Shown: in pieces, positions 63,866 to 64,000 of the stretch
Position numbering within the stretch: position 1 is the stretch's first letter
How the letters are laid out: the number at the start of each line of letters is the position of its first letter
From: Candidatus Aenigmarchaeota archaeon LH_S7
GTDB taxonomy: Archaea > Aenigmatarchaeota > Aenigmatarchaeia > QMZS01
Length of the DNA: 64,000 nucleotides
Assembly (NCBI GenBank): GCA_023659895.1
Contig: JAGXOL010000003.1
Coordinates: forward strand, 1,549 to 65,548
Reading direction: 5' to 3'
Notes under the pieces: model-generated
The model's database searches: none
Seen by the model: the letters and a program-made list of their open reading frames with translations, nothing else
Told to the model about the DNA's origin: nothing
Translations under genes and position numbers: made by a program

Positions 63866-64000
63866 AATTAATACTAAGATTTCTTATAAAGATAAAAAAT
63901 TAATAAAAACAAATTTTAGGTCACAAATCCTCTTCGTCAAATTCCTCCTCTTCGTCATCAGGTTCATCAGGCTCCTCAGATTCTTCACTTTCATCAGGTT

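Overview
AT-rich archaeal chromosome segment. Compact, shuffled housekeeping genes and a very divergent rRNA suggest a DPANN-type archaeon (inference, lineage not verified). It carries translation and RNA-processing genes (rtcB, endA, rnz, thiI, cbf5, hisS, glyS, argS, pscS, several r-proteins), a pilus ATPase with pilins, mevalonate/GGPP genes, OFOR, FBP aldolase/phosphatase, a mannosylglycerate-related cluster, a putative R-M system, TA/defence modules and many decayed gene scars. The most unusual material is non-coding. (1) The 16S and 23S genes are separated by a MITE-like element that contains a foreign gene. (2) The 23S gene has three short BHB-type introns, a ~100 bp near-perfect processing stem and many substitutions at normally invariant peptidyl-transferase-centre positions, several of them covarying. 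(3) A tRNA-Leu(CAA) is split by three introns. (4) A family of small hairpin+CAAAA repeat units sits right at RNA processing cut sites in the tRNA and rRNA genes. All calls were made by eye from sequence motifs; no database searches were run, and E. coli rRNA numbering comes from manual alignment.
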